Shown: piece by piece, positions 46,424-59,300 of the stretch
How the letters are laid out: each line of letters begins with the position of its first letter
How positions within the stretch are numbered: the first letter of the stretch is position 1
Source: Vitrella brassicaformis CCMP3155
Lineage: Eukaryota; Protista; Chromerida
Reading direction: 5' to 3'
Length of the DNA stretch: 64,000 nucleotides
NCBI GenBank assembly: GCA_001179505.1
Contig: CDMY01000336.1
Location: 248,001-312,000, forward strand
Translations under genes and position numbers: made by a program
The notes under the pieces: model-generated
What the model saw: only the letters and a program-made list of their open reading frames with translations
Told to the model about the DNA's origin: nothing
Databases searched by the model: none

Positions 46424-47286
46424 ATGGGCGACAGCAGGGCGTTGGGCACCAGGTTGCTTAAGAAGGTCTTGGCTGAGGTGAGGGCGTCGGAGAAGAGGCA
46501 GGACCGGACAGAGGAGCCCGACGAGGTGGATCTGCAAGAGGGCGTGCAATTCTGGCCCTTCGAGGCGCCCTGGTGGCCCGAACCTGGCATGGTGAGTGAC
46601 AGCCGTGTGTGGCAGAAGACGCCAGTGATGCTTAAGGCACGGCAGCATCGGATCTGTGTGTGTGCCTTTTTTTTGACGCAGGAGAAGGTGCGTGACGGCG
46701 ATGAGGTGCTGTACCCCTACCCAAGCATGATCGTCAGCAACGGTGGGTAACACTCCAGCAATGTGTGTGTGGCTCCATGGATCTCTGTGCCTGTCTGCAG
46801 GCATGAGCGTGGACGCCTTCGAGCGGCCCGTGAGTGTGGGCCGCCAGTCGCCCCTCGAGGGGCTGAGCTGTGTTGTGGCCTGCCCCATCAAGGCGTCAGA
46901 CGCCGTGAGCGACCAACAAACACACATACACAGCGAGGGAGGCGTCATGGAGTGATGTGGGTGTGGTGTGTTGATATCTGTCTGCAGTCGAGGGGCGTGA
47001 CGGTGCGCGACTTCGTGACGGCACTCGAGCAGTGTGAGGATCCCAACACCGGCGACAATGAAGAGTGTGAGGACTCGGAGGGCTTCATCGAGGAGTGGGA
47101 GCAACAGCGCTCCGCCGCCAATCTGCTTCGACCCGACATAGAGGGCGGAGGAAAGACCGGGTGAGTGAGAGAGCGGCGGACACCGCACCACAACACACCG
47201 AGCGTGTGTTTCTATGCAGGTTTCTCATCAATATGGTGCGGGTGGCTACGGGGCGCTATCGCGTCATTTGGGACGATTCCAAGTGA
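46424..47286 (+). CDS. Small acidic orphan protein, tandem copy 1 (five exons; upstream ATG at 46406 is an alternative)
   Basis: ..DEVDLQEGVQFWPFEAPWWPEPGM|EKVRDGDEVLYPYPSMIVSN|GMSVDAFERP|SRGVTVRDFVTALEQC..|FLINMVRVATGRYRVIWDDSK*. Confidence 0.7.
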
Positions 47287-48046
47287 GGTCGCCCGATATA
47301 TATAGGCGTCGTGCCGATCCATTCGACGAGTGACAACATCAGCCAGCACTTTCATAATAATATGTCCTGTCCGTTGCTGGCGGCGGGCTGTCTGTAGGAT
47401 GGGATGCATGAGAGCGGTCGCATGCCCCTGCTAGAGGCAGCTCGCCGCCTCTCTATGCAATGACTACAGCTGTGCATACTTATATTGTGTTGTGTTGGAG
47501 GGGGGAAGTGAGAAAGACATCAGATTCTTCTTCTTCTTTTCCTCAACGGCCTATCTTTGCCGATGGTGTTCCCCGGCGTGTCGTGACTCGGCCTCTGGCT
47601 GGTTTGGTGGTGCACCGTATCGATGTATGTCTGCACTGTAGACGGCATGGGTGGGACGAGCTGGGCGAAAGAAGCAGCAGATGGACTCACTTTGTGCCTG
47701 CCTACTTCCTCTTATGCACAGCGAAGGAACGAGAGAGCAGAGAAAGAGGGACGTACGGGAAAAAACTACGGATGGATCTGTATGTATGAGGTTGTATGTA
47801 TGTATGTACTTGTGTTTGTGTATAGTTTGTGTGAGCATGTATGTCATCACGCCGGCAGGCAGGCAATTCACACGCGCAGGTATCTGTTGTGTCTCGGGTG
47901 TCTCCCCTTTCCACACTCTTGGCTACCCCGCGACAAACTTTCTTGGCTAGGCTCACGCAGTGTCCTCCGTGAAACCGAATCGAGATGGCAAATAAACAAG
48001 GCATTCCTTCTTCTCTGTCTTTTCGAGGTGGGAGATGCTCCGTCAG

Positions 48047-48932
48047 ATGAACGACAGCAGCACTGCGGCGGCCACGCTGCTCAAGGAGGTCTTGGCTGAT
48101 ATCAAGTTGGCGGAGCGCAAGGGCGAGCGTCGGCAGGAGCCCGATGAGGTGGATCTGCAAGAGGGCGTGCAATTCTGGCCCTTCGAGGCGCCCTGGTGGC
48201 CCGAACCTGGCATGGTCAGTGAGAGCCGTCCATGGCAGAAGACGCCAGTGATGCTTAAGGCACGGCAGGATCTTTGTGTGTGCCTTTTGACGCAGGAGAA
48301 GGTGCGTGACGGCGATGAGGTGCTCTACCCCTACCCAAGCATGATCGTCAGCAACGGTGGGTAACACTTCTGCAATGTGTGTGTGGCTGGATCAGCCTGG
48401 ATCTCTGTGCCTCTCTGCAGGTGTGAGCGTGGACGCCTTCGAGCGGCCCGTGAGTGTGGGCCGCCAGTCGCCCCTCGAGGGGCTGAGCTGTGTTGTGGCC
48501 TGCCCCATCAAGGCGTCAGACGCTGTGAGCGACCAACAAACACACATACACAGAGAGAGAAGGGCGCGTGATGAACGTTGTAGTGATGTGCCTGCCGTGT
48601 GTTGATGGTGTCTGCAGTCGAGGGGCGTGACGGTGCGCGACTTCGTGACGGCACTCGAGCAGTGTGAGGATCCCAACAGCGGCGACAGCGAGGAGTGTGA
48701 GGACTCGGAGTGGTTCATTGAGGAGTGGGAGCAGATCGCCACTCTGCTGCGACCCGACACAGCGATCCACGGCCGAGGAAAGACCGGGTGAGTGAGAGAG
48801 CGGCGGACACGAACGAATCCCGTCACAGCTAGAAAATGTTCCGTCGGTGTGTCCTTTAGATACCTGATCAACATGGTGCGGGTGGCTACGGGGCGCTATC
48901 GGGTCATATGGGACGATTTCGACTGCAATTGA
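48047..48932 (+). CDS. Small acidic orphan protein, tandem copy 2
   Basis: Same exon-intron structure as copy 1; ends ..RYRVIWDDFDCN*. Confidence 0.7.
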
Positions 48933-49837
48933 CAACCGAGGCAGGTGGGTGAGTGAGGTGGTTGAAAGAAATACATACACGGCCGGCAAGTCAAAGGCAG
49001 CCTCGTGCGTTGCTTGCTGCAGGCAGCGTCATGACCGAGCAATCCATCCGATGAGTGACAGCAACACCTTCCTCTGGCCAGCTAAGTGACTGGTCTGACT
49101 GTCTGTCTGTCTGTCTGCCTGCGACTCTATGACAGTCGGCTGGCTGCCTGTGCTGTCCCTCTCTGTCTGTACCTATCTGTTCTTGTTCGTTCCTGTATCT
49201 GACGGATGATTTTGGCTGGCTTGCTCTCGAAGGTCTCGAACGTGTGGTGGTGCGGCATATCCATGTCTGCACTGGCGACACGTGCGGGATGGCCGAGACG
49301 AGCCGGACAAAGGCACCAGCAGATGGACTTACTCTTCTTTAATTGTCTTTTTCTTGCTACACATCCTGCCGGCCTGTTTGTCGCACATTGTGAGTCGAAT
49401 GATTCGTGTACAGAGAGAGAGAGAGCGCGCTACAGAAAGGGATACATGGGTGGGTAAACTTTAGTTCGTGGCCCGTATGAGACTGCTGTATGTTGCGTGA
49501 CCCGAGGGAGAAGGGCTGACTTACGTGTTTGTACATAGCTGTGTTCATGCCTACCTGCCATCACGTCGGGCACCCGCACTCACATAGTCGGCTGACAGGC
49601 TTTTGCGCAGTTGATTTCTGTCCATGTCCATGGTATGTATATCTCCCCTTCCCGCTCGAAAGCACACGCTTGTCTATCCCAGTCAGGGTACAGACACTCT
49701 TGTCTGCCGATGCAGACGCTGTCTTTGCAAGCATCATGATCACCAGAACCCCCCAGAAACACTCAGACATTCGCTCACACTGACCAGAAGACAACACCCA
49801 GGCCTAGATAGATAGCTGGCCTCGTGACACACACTCA

Positions 49838-50138
49838 CTAGTAGTACTCAAATCCTTCATCAGTCTCCTCTGTGCAGCATCCCACGCAGCATGCACCGAG
49901 CCTTTCACAAATGACTCTAATGAGTTGGCAGATGAGCCAAGTCCCCCCTGTAACCACGGTAACATAAAGTGCCCTCAGGATGCCATACTGCCACCAAGTA
50001 AGTGTAATTGTGTCCCGCGTCACGTGGAGGAGGGGGACGACGAGCACGGCAATTGCGACCATACCTGCATCCACCACACAAACCGAATTCAGATGTTCGT
50101 CGGTCTCTGGTGAGAGCGGCTCGTGGGGCCTGACCTGT
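49838..50138 (-). CDS. Probable last exon of a small membrane protein
   Basis: Acceptor aatacag|GTCAGG. ORF VRPHEPL..DAGMVAIAVLVVPLLHV..GILRALYVTVVTGGTWLICQLIRVICERLGACCVGCC..* has two hydrophobic stretches. The start was not found. Confidence 0.35.
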
Positions 50139-50261
50139 ATTCAAAGCCTGTGTGTTTGCAAGCCTCGAGAGGGAAAAAAGGACGGCGATCCTTTTGGGGC
50201 CGTGAGGTGGAGCCCTCTCCCTTCCCTCCCCTCTTCCCCCCTCCTTTTCTCCCTTCCCACC

Positions 50262-51333
50262 ATGCGCCCGCAGAGGGGGATAGGAGAGCCAAAAAGACCC
50301 AACAATGCATACTACGAGTACTTGCTGGCCCATCAAGTCATCGAACGATATCCAAGTGGGGCCACGCGACACAAGCCTTCCTCCCTCATCCATCCGTCAG
50401 TTCCTGCTCTCCTGTTGCTCAGGGGCTGTGTGCGAGCACCTGCTCCGTCACCCTGCACTGCAGCGTCTGTTCCTGGACTCGCTCCACGAGATGGTCGATG
50501 GCGGCGTGGTGCACATCAATGAGGTGACCAAGGCATTCGATTTGGTCGAGGACATCAACAAAAGACAGCGATACAACTTCGTCTACATGCCCGAAGCAAC
50601 CGTCATGCCTAGAGTGTCATACCCCCCGCCCCCTTCGGCTGCCGTCTACCCCGCAACACAGACCCGTCCCGTTGCTCTCGACCTCCCTGAGGATTGGTTC
50701 ACTGTCGAGCAGCAGCGGCCACTCGCCGGCCACACACAAGAGCCCGACTACTTTGCGGTGACCGGGACAGCAGATGGTGTCGCCCCCCGGCCGCCACCGA
50801 CTCACACAACAATTGTCACGGGCGGCCTCGCCAGCCACCCCACTGGGGCCAGCCTCGATTGGCAGCAGATCCACTCCGTGCCCTTCCGTGAGTCGACAGG
50901 GATGACAACCAGCCCACCGAACAAGCGCTTCCACATCCCCGAGAGTTCCGTCCTCCACAGCCCTCCCCCATTCACGCGGCCGGACATCCCTCGGAAGTGG
51001 GGCCACTGGGAGCCGGCACCCACCATTCCCCTACAGCAAGACGAAGACGCAGGGGCCGACGAGGGAGGCTATGGCGTCAGCCGCTTTGCACCCGTCCAGC
51101 CGCTGCATCCTACCGATCCATATCATTCTGCGCTGAAGGTGGGGCTGCAGGGGCGGGGTGGTGTTGGGGAGACGGGCAGGGAGAGGAGGGGGGTGAGGGA
51201 GGGTGGGGTGATCTGGGCAGGGGATGACGTGCAGACAAGGTATCGGGGCGCCGAATACGTCAGCGTCCTCCAGGAAAGGCAGCTGCGGCTGTACAAGATG
51301 CCAGCACCTAGTGAAAGGCAGAAATCAGCATGA
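50262..51333 (+). CDS. Hypothetical protein with a Pro-rich C-terminal half
   Basis: MRPQRG..YYEYLLAHQVIERYP|(phase-1 intron)|AVCEHLLRHPALQRLFLDSLHEM..; open to 51333. Confidence 0.55.
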
Positions 51334-51658
51334 ATCGGTGGCTGTTGGGGGGCTGGCATGTGTGTGTGCGTCCACTTCTTGCCTGATTAAGTAGTGGTCT
51401 GGGTATGCAGCGTCTGCATATCATTGGAAAGTGCTTGGCCTGCGAAGACGCCTTTGCTGATCCATAGTTTCTCACGTCATTTTCGAAAGACCATTGTCAC
51501 GGCACCCACGCAGCGTCCACGAACAGCAGTCTCGTTCAACCGAAAAACAGTCCATCAGGCTCTGACCTCTCATTAGGCAGGCAATCAGACACCTCAAACC
51601 ACACCGACCCACCCACCCACCCATCCTTAGCATCACCACAGCCACTCCTCCCATTCCT

Positions 51659-52441
51659 TCACAGAATGCTCTGCACCTTGTCGTCCAGCTTTTCCCTCAG
51701 GTCGCCATACTCGTTTCGCCGGGCGTCGAGCCCCTCTGCCTTCTTGAGGTCGCCCAGCTGGAAGGGCCAGAGGAACTTGAGCACATCCTTGGCCCGCTCC
51801 CCGCCCTTGAAGACCTCCTGCACCATGTCCTCCACACAGAGCATCCCCAGGTGGCCCAGGTGGTCCTCCACATATGTGTTGTCCGTCAGCGGCTCCTTCT
51901 TGGTGCGTCCGGGTACATGCAGGCGGGCCCGTTTGCTGAAGAGCTGACGGACAGTCGACAGAGTGGGAGGGCCGTAGAAGATGAAGGGCTCCACGCTCTT
52001 GAGCCTCGCCACGTTGTCGAGGTTGTTGAGCACCAGCACACCCGTGAAGGCCTTGGTGAGTCCCAGGCCCTTCAGCGCGCCTCTGGTCGCCGCATTGCCG
52101 CCTTTCCGTCCGTTGCGGACAGCTAGAAAGACAGCCGTGGAGTGCTTGAGCTTGGCGCTCTTGGTCCTCCTCTGCTCGCGGGTCTGCCGCTTTCTGTCGA
52201 GGTGCCGATTCCGATACTCCTTGATGAGCTTCTGGACCGTCACGATGGGCGAGCGCCGCTGCTTCTTGACAGACTGCTCCTTGGCCAGCGCGATCTTCCT
52301 TCGCCGCTCAGCGATGCCGGCAAGGTCATGACGCCGCTTCCGCAGGACAGTCTCAGACACCTTGATGCTCTCGCCCTCTCGCCGAGGCTTCAGCTGACCA
52401 GAAGGGCCACTCGACAGGTCAGGACCTTCATCGACCTCCAT
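51659..52441 (-). CDS. RPL7L1: Intronless RPL7-like (uL30 family) protein, probably the ribosome-biogenesis paralogue
   Basis: VSETVLRKRR, VFLAVR, LGLTKAFTGVLV, VEPFIFYGPP, PLTDNTYVEDHLG..GMLCVED and FLWPFQL; 260 aa. Confidence 0.85.
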   Translation of the reverse strand: MEVDEGPDLSSGPSGQLKPRREGESIKVSETVLRKRRHDLAGIAERRRKIALAKEQSVKKQRRSPIVTVQKLIKEYRNRHLDRKRQTREQRRTKSAKLKHSTAVFLAVRNGRKGGNAATRGALKGLGLTKAFTGVLVLNNLDNVARLKSVEPFIFYGPPTLSTVRQLFSKRARLHVPGRTKKEPLTDNTYVEDHLGHLGMLCVEDMVQEVFKGGERAKDVLKFLWPFQLGDLKKAEGLDARRNEYGDLREKLDDKVQSIL

Positions 52442-53327
52442 GGGAAAGAGGGGATGAATGCAACGAGCACAGGCGGTTCCGCAACGCAGCTGGGAAAGAG
52501 AAAGTGGAGGAGATGGGTGGAAACGAAGTGAAGGGTTTGGGGCAGAGGGTTTCGGGGTGGGGGTTGTGGGCCGAGCTCGGATCTGCCAGTGCCTTCTCTG
52601 CCGTTCTAATGCGCTTTTCTGGCCTCTGAAGGCCAACATAGAGATCGGACGAGATTCTCGGAGACGAGAGACAACTTTTTTTTCGCTTTTCAGATTTATT
52701 TCGTTTTCACTCATTTCAGAGGTGATCCTCAGCTTTCTGCGCCTCTCCCTTTTCCGCATCTCCCCGGCTTCGTCGCCATCTCATTCTCGTCTTATGTGGC
52801 CCGCCCGAGCCCCTCCCGAGCCTCCCCGTTTGTGCGGGAGTCGGCGCGTCACTTTTTTCTTCCGCTGTTCGAGAGACCTCGGCAAGGGGCGCCTCGGCAT
52901 CTGCCGAGCGCCGGATGACTCCTGGCGTCGGCGAACTGCTCGTACGCCCTGTCTCTTCTTCAAGAAATCCTCTTCAAGTTGTCCGGTGAGGTGAGTGCGT
53001 GTGTGTGGTGACCTCGTGTGGTGTGCGCCTTGCTTGTGTGTGGTAGTTCAAGTGAGGCCTGTGTGTGAGCGCATCGTCAAACGGCCGCTCCTGACACGTG
53101 TGATGGTTGCCGATGGCATGCTGTCGCCGTTTTGTGCGTTGTGCGGCTTGTTGCGTCCCTTCTCTTGGCTGGTGTGATGGGTGGATGGATGGATGAATGG
53201 ATGGTGTGCAGCGATGAACGCATGCTCCCATAGGCAGCAGCCCTTGTGCTCATGAGTCTTCTTGTTTGTCGCCTTTGTGTGCAGCTGAAATTGTGATTCT
53301 TTGATGGCCGTCTCCTTTCTCGACAGG

Positions 53328-56300
53328 GACCCCAAAAGGCAATGCACAGCCTCAGCAACAGTCCAAAGATGGTGAAGTCTTACTCTCTCTGTCTGTCTGT
53401 CTGTGTGTGTGTGTGTGTGTGTCTGTCTGTGTGTGTGTGATGCATGTGACCTGCAGCCGTGTGACTGTGTGGGAGCGGCGATACGACGACCTCGACCAGG
53501 AGCTGAGGACCAAAGACGATGCGCTCCGGTCGGTACATCCACACATCCTAACCACCGGCAGATTGATAGACGTGATGTGATTGATGCACACAAACATGTG
53601 CACGTCGCATTTGTTGTCGTGCTGTTGGTTCTTAGGAGTATCACAGAGGATCGCGACAAGTGCCTGGCCGAGTCACTCGAGACCATCCAGAGGTAGGGGG
53701 GGAGGGGAGGGGGGTAGCAGAGTGTGTGTGGATGGATGGATGGTCCGTGTCATGTGCCTGCCTGCCTGGCGGCTCTCCTCCCTCCTCTTTGCTGTGCTGC
53801 AGTCTTGAAGATCAAGTAGAGGAGCTGACGGCCAAGCTGACGGCCATGGCGGAGCAACACGGACGTACATTTGAGACAGAGGGGAGGGGGCGGCCCCCAT
53901 GATATGTATATAACCATACATACATGTCTTGCCATGCTCATTCGATGTATGTATGTATGTATGTATGTATTGCGTCCCTCCGTCTCTGTGCTGTGCTGTG
54001 CTGTGCTCTGCTGTGTCGTTTGTGTCAGGAGGCTGCTCGAGCACTCATCGCCGGTGAGCGCCAGTTGTTCGCCGAGCTGTTTGACGAGTACAAGTACAAG
54101 CTCTTCTCCAACGTCGACTATGCCCAGCGGGAGATGGCACATCTCCGAGACGAGGTGGTCTGGACACGACAGGCCTTGGGACGACGCACAACGGGTAAGT
54201 TAAGTGGGTGACATACATACGCGTGGTTCGTGTGTGCACTGCACTTACTGACTGCAGCACGGCGCCACCGAGCGGGCGGCCATCTTTAAGAACATATACG
54301 AGGCGTTCGGAGACCGGCTCGCCAACACTGAGGTTGACCTGGAGAAGGACCGCATCAAGGCCGACCTCGCCGAGTAAGCCAGCCAGCCAGCCAGCCAGAC
54401 AAACGGACGAAACACACAACGGACGCACTCACATCATGGGGATGTCTGTCTGTCTGTGTAGAGAGCATGTATCCCTCTACCGAGACATGGTCAACGGTCT
54501 ACTGGACGAGGGGCGGCTGCCCGCTGACGTGCTGGCCGAGCTCAAGAATGCACTGGCGCACATCGATGAGGTAGGCGCGACGTACAAGAGACATCCAACA
54601 GACAGCCCTCGCTTCGATTGTTGGGTATGATTGATGGATGTCATTTGTGTTCAGCTGGCCACCAAGCACACCAAGTGCGAGAGGGAGCACACCATCTCGG
54701 TGAATGAGCGTGCAGCAGGCCAGCCAGCCAGCCAGCCGCAAACGCGTCATATCTACCGGACTGACTTGCCCTCCCTCCCCCATTTATGTTCTCGGTCGGT
54801 TATGTCAGTGTCTCAAGACTCAAGTCAAGGCCGCGAGGTTGCTCCCTCAGCAACATCGTTGCTTACATTTTATATTTGGGCGGAATGTGTCTCCTCTTCC
54901 GACGTTGAGGGCTGAGGTGAGAGAGATGAGCGAAACAAAAGCACAGCAAGGACCCACCACTCTGTCCGCTGGTGGAGGTCAGGTCGGGAGGGACGGCAGC
55001 TTGTACGTCAGCGAGACCGAGCCAACGCCCACGCCCACACCCACCACACCCACCCCACCAGCGGTTCGACGAGATCGGATCCAACGCCGCAACACCCTCT
55101 CGTGAGCGAGCTCATTCACAGGCAGACAGCGCAGTGAGTGCCTTTTGTATGTATGTATGTTTGGTGGCTGGTTCATTCATTTCTGGTCTTTTGCCATCCA
55201 TCCATCCATCAGGCGGAGAGCGAGTGAGGAGATAGAGACGCTGAAGGCGCGTGTGCGGGAGCTGGAGGAGGACCACCACACGGAGGTCGGCATGCGCACC
55301 AAGTGAGCACACACAATGCACCCACACAACGGATGCGATGCGATGCATGTGCATACCGACTCACATGTGAGCTTCACATCGTTTGTGCTGTCTGTCTTTG
55401 CTGCTTTACTTCAGGTATATCCTAGACACAGAGGCCAAGAAGGACAGGGCGCTGGCTGACTTGGAGGAGGCCAAGGCCGAGATGCAAAGGCTGCCCAACG
55501 AGCTGGCCCAGGCCAACAGGTGCGCCGCGCAAACCTCCCACCCACACCCACACCCACACAACACATCAGTTTCTCCTTTGTGTGTGTTGGGGTGCCTAAG
55601 GTGCTCCCCGAGACCGCTGCTGCAGCGGGGCTGGGGAGTAGTACTAGTAGTAGGGCCATGATGTCCTTTCGCGGGAGGCGGAAGAGCCTCCCTCGCGGGA
55701 GGTGGGAGAGGCTCGATGAGGATGTCCCCCCAGGGAAGAGGTGGTGGAAGAATGAATCTGATGAGAACTATCCCCGTCCCCGTCCCCCTCCCCAGCCCGT
55801 GCACCTGTCGGCACTGCAGCGCACCATCCCGGAACGTAAGTCAAAGAGAAAAGAAAGGCCTCATAGACAGATTTGCTCATATCTTCTCTTTTTTCCCTCG
55901 CAGCGGGGATTCCACGGTGGGCTGCTGGGGGAGACCAAGCGGTGGCTGGCGGAGAAGGCCCGCTACGCCGAGAGGGAGGTGCGGTCGCTTCGCGACCAGC
56001 TGAAGTCGACGCGTCAGGACCCGGTGTGTATGTGTTTGTTGCTGGTGTGCAGATCGTTGTCTACATTTTATATCTGACGGACTGATGACGACCCATCGAC
56101 AGCACCGCCTTGTCCCGCCATCTGCGCATCGAATGTGAGCTGTCAAAGCAGACTGATCGACTCCACTGTATGTGTCTCGGGGATGTGTATGCAGAGCGAT
56201 GGCTGTCTACTTCATCCAATTTTGGCTCCTATTAGTACGTATCCCCGGCGGCGCCTCAGGTACGTAAGTCAAAGAGAGAAGAAAAGACTCATAGACAGAT

Positions 56301-59300
56301 TTGCTCATATCTTCTCTTTGTTCCCTCGCATACTTGGCCGCCTTGGCGGCCACCGAGAGACGTACTTTGGTCATGGAGCTAGGGAAGACCTCCACGACCT
56401 TCATTTGTGTACACACCACGCCCTTGTTTTGGCCAAGGAGGTGCGCTCTCTGTCTATGTATGGATTTCCGTGCAGCCGTCGTGAAATGTGGGTCGCGGGG
56501 ACGGGGAAACCAACGCCAAGGACACAGACCACCAGGTGAGCACAAACACACATATACACACACACACACACACGTATGCAGAGACGCACAATGTGTGTAT
56601 GGGTGTGTGCAGTTCAGGCCTCTCCTACTTCATTCAAGTTTGGCTCCCGGAGGCCCCAAAGGTGCGTAAGTGAGGGAGAACAGAAGAGACTCATGAACAT
56701 CCGCTCATGTCTCTTCTCTCCTCTGTGTGTCTCCCTCTGCATATTTGGCCGCTTCGGCGGCCACCGAGAGACGACCTTGGCCAAGCTGCAGGACGAGGGT
56801 AGGAGGAGGACCCTCCACGACCACGCCAATCGGTGCGCCGCGCCAGCCCCCCACCCACACCCACCCACACACGCACACATCAGTTTCTCCTTTGTGTGTG
56901 TTGTTTGGTGTGTGGCATGTAGGCGGGCTGACACGTGGCAAAGGCGCCCCACACCCAGGCATATGCACATCAGATGCCGCTGGCTGTCTGATGTGCTGTA
57001 TGTATATCAGTGCTCTGACGAGAGCCAAGGAGGCCGCCGAGGCGCAGAAGGCGTCCACCGACTCGGTGCTCAAGATCATGGTCGACAAGGTGGTCAAGCT
57101 CGAGAAGGACATCGAGAGCTTTTCGCCCACCAGCCCACAGGCCACCATCAGGTGGGTGTCGATCGCATCACTTCACTCACGTCGGACAGCACACACACAC
57201 ACACATGCATGTCAGTCATTTGTTTGTGTCTGTCTATCTGCCAACCAACCAGGGAGGCAGGCGCGAGCGAGAAGATGATGGTGATTCGAGGGACAGGGAT
57301 AGAGATAGGGAGGGGCGGCGGGAGCGGGACAGGGACAGACACGACGACCACCGACACAGATGGGGTGGGCGCATAACACAACACAACACAACACAGGATG
57401 CGCACCGATGGTCTTGCGTGTGTGTGACTGTGTGTGTGTGTGTGTTTTCTGTGGCAGAGGATGGGAGCCGTAGAGATGGAGATGGAGATCGGAGGTACAT
57501 GCATACTTGCCCCCTACACATACACATACACGCGCGCGCGCGCGCGCGTTGTATGACACAATGTGTGTTGGATTCTTTCACCGTCCTTCTGTATATGTGT
57601 GGATCTATCACGGACAGGAGGGACGACAGAGACCGCAGCCGGAGCCACGATAGGGACAGTCGTAGCCGTGACCGTGACCGATATGTGCCTTTCTCACAAA
57701 GCAGGCGAGCATCTGTATGTAATGCAGCGACCCGGAGAAGAGGTATCGGAAGTCGCATCGGCAGTCGCTCGACCCCTCGGCTGGGTGGTGGGGAGCAGCA
57801 CCTGCTGCCGCTGCTGCAGCTCCAGGTACAGAGAGTGAACGTTTCACACGTGTCCCTTGAATGCGTGTCGCTCTGTTTGTGTGTGTTGGTTGGTCAGCGG
57901 CTGCAGCAGCAGCCGCTGCTGCGGGTGTGGGGGGCAGTGGTGGCAAGCGTGGGCATGATGAGGATGAGGAGCAATATGACCCTAACAAGGATCTTAGTGT
58001 ACCTGCACACACACACACACACACACCCCTACCTCACACACCAAGCAATGCACCCGTGACATCCCCCTCTCTCTGTGTGTGTGTGTTGAATGAGTGCAGG
58101 CGGCCAAGCGCCCAGCCGATGACGACGACAATGAGGACGGTAAGTGCCCGTTGACACAGAACTGATGCACGCGCCACTGGCGTCTGAATGTGTGTGTCAG
58201 ATGAGGATGAGGATGTGTCCGTGTCTGCTGCTGGTGGCATGTTGAGGATCCCTATGACACACACCTGGTCTGCCTGCCTGCTCATTGGGTGCCTGTCTGT
58301 GTCTTCATCCGTCCATTCGTCGTGCAGACAAGATAGAGGACCTGGAGCGACAGCTGGCGAAGGCGCGCGAGCACGAGTCAGCATACCAGCGAGCGTTGCA
58401 GGACAAAAAAGGTGAGCAAGAAAAGGCCAACGCACGAGGGTTTCAGGACACACCTGGTCTGCCTGCCTGCTCATTGGGTGCCTGTCTGTGTCTTCATCCG
58501 TCCATTCGTCGTGCAGAGAAGATAGAGGACCTGGAGCGACAGCTGGCCGAAGTGAGGGGCAAGGCGCGCGAGGAGCCGCAGGAGGAGACCTTCGAGAGCC
58601 TGTAAGCCACACATGCACACACGCACTGACCCGTGTACACACATGTCAACGAACATCATGTCCACGTCCATTCAGAGCGTGCTTTCGGGCACAAGTACTC
58701 CAGCAGCTTGACCGACAGCATGACCGACAGCAGAAGATAGAAGACTACATGCCCGAGGTAAATTGATGACCCGCACGTACATACAACCGACATGGATGCC
58801 GAAACCATGCGCTTCTCGCTCCTCAGGCCAGAGAGGACGTAGAGGCACTGCTGCTGGCCCTGTTGGACAAAAGCAAGGAGGACTTCGAGAGAGAGTGCGC
58901 CCGATATCAATGACCAATATGCACAGAGACAGCTGCGCACTGTCTGTCAGTTCATCTGCCTTCTGTGTGTGTATGCGCAGGATAGATCGCCCCGCTGAGG
59001 ATTTCACCAAGCACGACCAGAACAACAACAGCGAGGCCACAGAGAACAATGCCACGTACCGCGAGAAGGTGAGCGAGTGCCACAAACATCCGCTTCTTTT
59101 GTACATCATCGTCTGCCTGTCGGTTTGCAGCTCCGTTGGCAGTGGCAGGAGAAGCTCCTGAAGGAGTACCTGGCTAAGAAGCCTGTGTGGCTAGACGACG
59201 ACAATGTGGATATAAATGGAGGGCCGGGTCATCCACCGATTTGTTGTGCAGATCGTTGTCTACATTTTATATCTGACGGGACTGATGACGACCCATCGAC

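Noticed and set aside
52900-53330. Start of the coiled-coil gene
   Set aside because: A candidate ATG lies near 52916, but the next acceptor (about 53285) leads to stops in all frames, so the 5' structure could not be resolved.
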